Assembly: GCA_051875555.1 (NCBI GenBank)
Contig: JBJEGZ010000011.1
Location: 108,452 to 172,451, forward strand
Origin: Candidatus Limimorpha sp.
GTDB taxonomy: Bacteria > Bacteroidota > Bacteroidia > Bacteroidales > F082
Length of the DNA stretch: 64,000 nt
Direction of reading: 5' to 3'
The number at the start of each line of letters is the position of its first letter. Positions within the stretch are counted from its first letter, which is position 1. The position numbers were made by a program, and so were the translations under genes. The notes below the pieces were generated by a model. It was not told the origin of the DNA and did not search any database. It saw only the letters and a program-made list of their open reading frames with translations. Below, one piece after another: positions 63,701 to 64,000 of this stretch.

Positions 63701-64000
63701 TCATTTATTTTCCTTCAAGAAATTTTCCAAATCTGAACGAGAGTTGAAAGTGTACATTTCATCGTTATAGAATATGCAGGATTTCATCTCCTTGTTCGCC
63801 TGTTCAGTGTTTATCTGTACAGTAACATTATTTTCATCAACTCTAAATAAATCACGGACAGATACATTGAAATACTCGGCAATCTTTTTCAGTGTTCTGT
63901 ATTGTGGATTTCCCTGCAAAGTACGAGATAATGATTCTGACCTCATTCCGATCTGTTCTGCCAAATCCTTTAATTTCAATCCTCGTTCCTGTAGAAATTC
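63701..64000 (-). CDS. XRE-family HTH protein; N-terminus lies beyond the right edge of the window
   Basis: The in-frame reading continues to the window end (EFLQERGLKLKDLAEQIGMRSESLSRTLQGNPQYRTLKKIAEYFNVSVRDLF), a typical HTH_3 fold. The ORF-track 'M' at 63979 is an internal TTG. Confidence 0.7.
   Translation of the reverse strand, partial: EFLQERGLKLKDLAEQIGMRSESLSRTLQGNPQYRTLKKIAEYFNVSVRDLFRVDENNVTVQINTEQANKEMKSCIFYNDEMYTFNSRSDLENFLKENK

Overview
The window looks like a chromosomal segment from a Bacteroidota (Bacteroidales-like) genome. Three things support this: TAnnTTTG -7 promoter boxes sit in front of most transcription units, several proteins carry type IX secretion (T9SS) C-terminal sorting domains, and gld/lpt-type genes are present. 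About 56 protein genes, one tRNA-Phe and one riboswitch are supported.

Most of the content is housekeeping: pheT, purL, rplU-rpmA, rpmB, holA, coaX, rsmD, cinA, comM/yifB, lptC, a PpiD-like chaperone and peptidases. I saw no CRISPR array, transposase, integrase or prophage genes.

Accessory or unusual parts:
1. A cobalamin riboswitch drives only two T9SS-sorted secreted proteins and no transporter (39.7-41.8 kb). I rate this the best candidate for an undescribed corrinoid-capture system.
2. A type I R-M operon at the right edge (56.7-64.0 kb) has a Bro-N/Fic gene translationally coupled between hsdM and hsdS.
3. An array of about 5 tandem 82-bp repeats lies between convergent genes (48.48-48.90 kb).
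4. A degenerate ThiD-like domain is fused to an AraC HTH.
5. A nadE-derived pseudoenzyme sits in an NAD-salvage neighbourhood.
6. A hemerythrin-like protein and a pseudo-receiver LuxR regulator are divergent from a porin-feoAB-Cys-rich-thioredoxin operon.
7. A possibly foreign AraC plus beta-helix adhesin-like pair lies next to tRNA-Phe.

Many ORF-track starts are TTG codons that fall inside promoter boxes. I moved those starts to the downstream ATG. All family assignments rest on motif recognition by eye. No database search was run.
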